Origin: Narcine bancroftii
Taxonomy: Eukaryota
Direction: 5' to 3'
Length of the DNA: 64,000 nucleotides
NCBI RefSeq assembly: GCF_036971445.1
Contig: NC_091477.1
Span: 15,128,001 to 15,192,000 of the forward strand
Part shown: piece after piece, positions 63,280-64,000 of the stretch
Numbering within the stretch: the stretch's first letter is position 1
How the letters are laid out: every line of letters begins with the position of its first letter
The notes under the pieces: generated by a model
The model's database searches: none
Seen by the model: the letters and a program-made list of their open reading frames with translations, nothing else
What the model was told of the DNA's origin: nothing
Position numbers and translations under genes: made by a program

Positions 63280-64000
63280 GAAAAACACAATGTAAGAGCA
63301 ACTCAGCAGGTCAAGCAGTGTCCTTTATGTTAGCAAAGATAAAGATACATAACTGACGTTTTGGAGTTGAGCTCATCATCAAGATATGGAAAAACGTTGG
63401 CAGATGTCTGAACCAAAAGGTAAGGGTGAAGGTTAGGAGAAGGAGCAAGGTACCAAAGACAGGAGATAATAGGAGGAGAAGGGAAGCAGGGCACAGCAGC
63501 AAGCGGGGAGGAGGGATGGCGAGGTGAACAGAGAGGGAAAGGGGTGGAGAGCAGAGGAAAAGAAGACAGGGGAAGGGAAGGGAGGGGGAAAGGAGAGCAG
63601 TTTAGCAAAAACTGGAGAAGTAGAATGTTAATATCATCCAGCTAGAGAGTGCCTCGACTGCAAATCCAGCATTGCTCCTCCAATTTACAGTGGTCTTGGT
63701 GAGATAGTACATGAAGACATGAACAGACATGTGAGTATGGGAGTGGGGCGCAGAACTGAAATGGTTGGCCAGTAGGAGGTCCCTGTCACTGGTGTCGATA
63801 GAGTGAAGGTGCTCAGCTATGTGATCTTCCAGTCTGCACCCAGTATCTCTGATGTAGAAAAGGCCACAAAGGGAGCACCAGATACAGTAGATCAGTCTTG
63901 CAGAGGGAATTGTTGCTTCACTTGAAAGGCCTGTTTGGGATCCCGTACTGAGGTGTGGGTGCAGATATGGCACTGTGGCCACAGGAGAAGGTACCGAAGG
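63280..64000 (-). mobile_element. Penelope-like element, GIY-YIG endonuclease C-terminus and 3' region; runs off the window
   Basis: ORF 63602-63982 reads LIYCIWCSLCGLFYIRDTGCRLEDHIAEHLHS...LANHFSSAPHSHTHMSVH, the IY-CxxC-YIG(ET)...EH...HF pattern. Confidence 0.88.

Noticed and set aside
63602-63982. Domesticated GIY-YIG nuclease gene
   Set aside because: The YIG motif is altered (YIRD), the frame is broken at both ends, and it sits within a typical Penelope 3' region with related fragments elsewhere in the window.

Overview
This is AT-rich vertebrate genomic DNA. The repeat complement (V-SINEs, a SacSINE/Deu-type SINE, CR1, Rex1/Babar, RTE, L1/Tx1, Penelope) points to a cartilaginous fish, probably a ray; that assignment is inference. 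The window lies inside a teneurin gene, best match teneurin-2 (TENM2), on the + strand. Only one coding exon is recognisable: 7919-8188, 270 nt, phase 1-1, encoding part of the N-terminal intracellular domain. The rest is very long intron containing decayed transposable elements and repeat-poor stretches that may hold conserved non-coding elements. The recognisable ORFs other than this exon are retroelement fragments, and the remainder look like chance ORFs. I found no convincing new multi-gene system. The leads most worth following up are: (1) a 10x46-bp minisatellite that places 11 UGCAUG (RBFOX) motifs on the sense pre-mRNA; (2) an RBFOX motif just upstream of the frame-preserving exon; (3) a candidate recursive splice site at 20321/20322; (4) a ~97%-identical 148-bp foldback that duplicates a junction between two different DNA transposons; (5) a 72-bp locally templated duplication inside a dead L1; (6) a tRNA-Thr(UGU)-headed mini-SINE; (7) an ~800-bp non-coding element with a Rex1-like tail; (8) a cluster of octamer motifs. 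TE family names come from remembered motifs, not database searches. Most TE boundaries are approximate.
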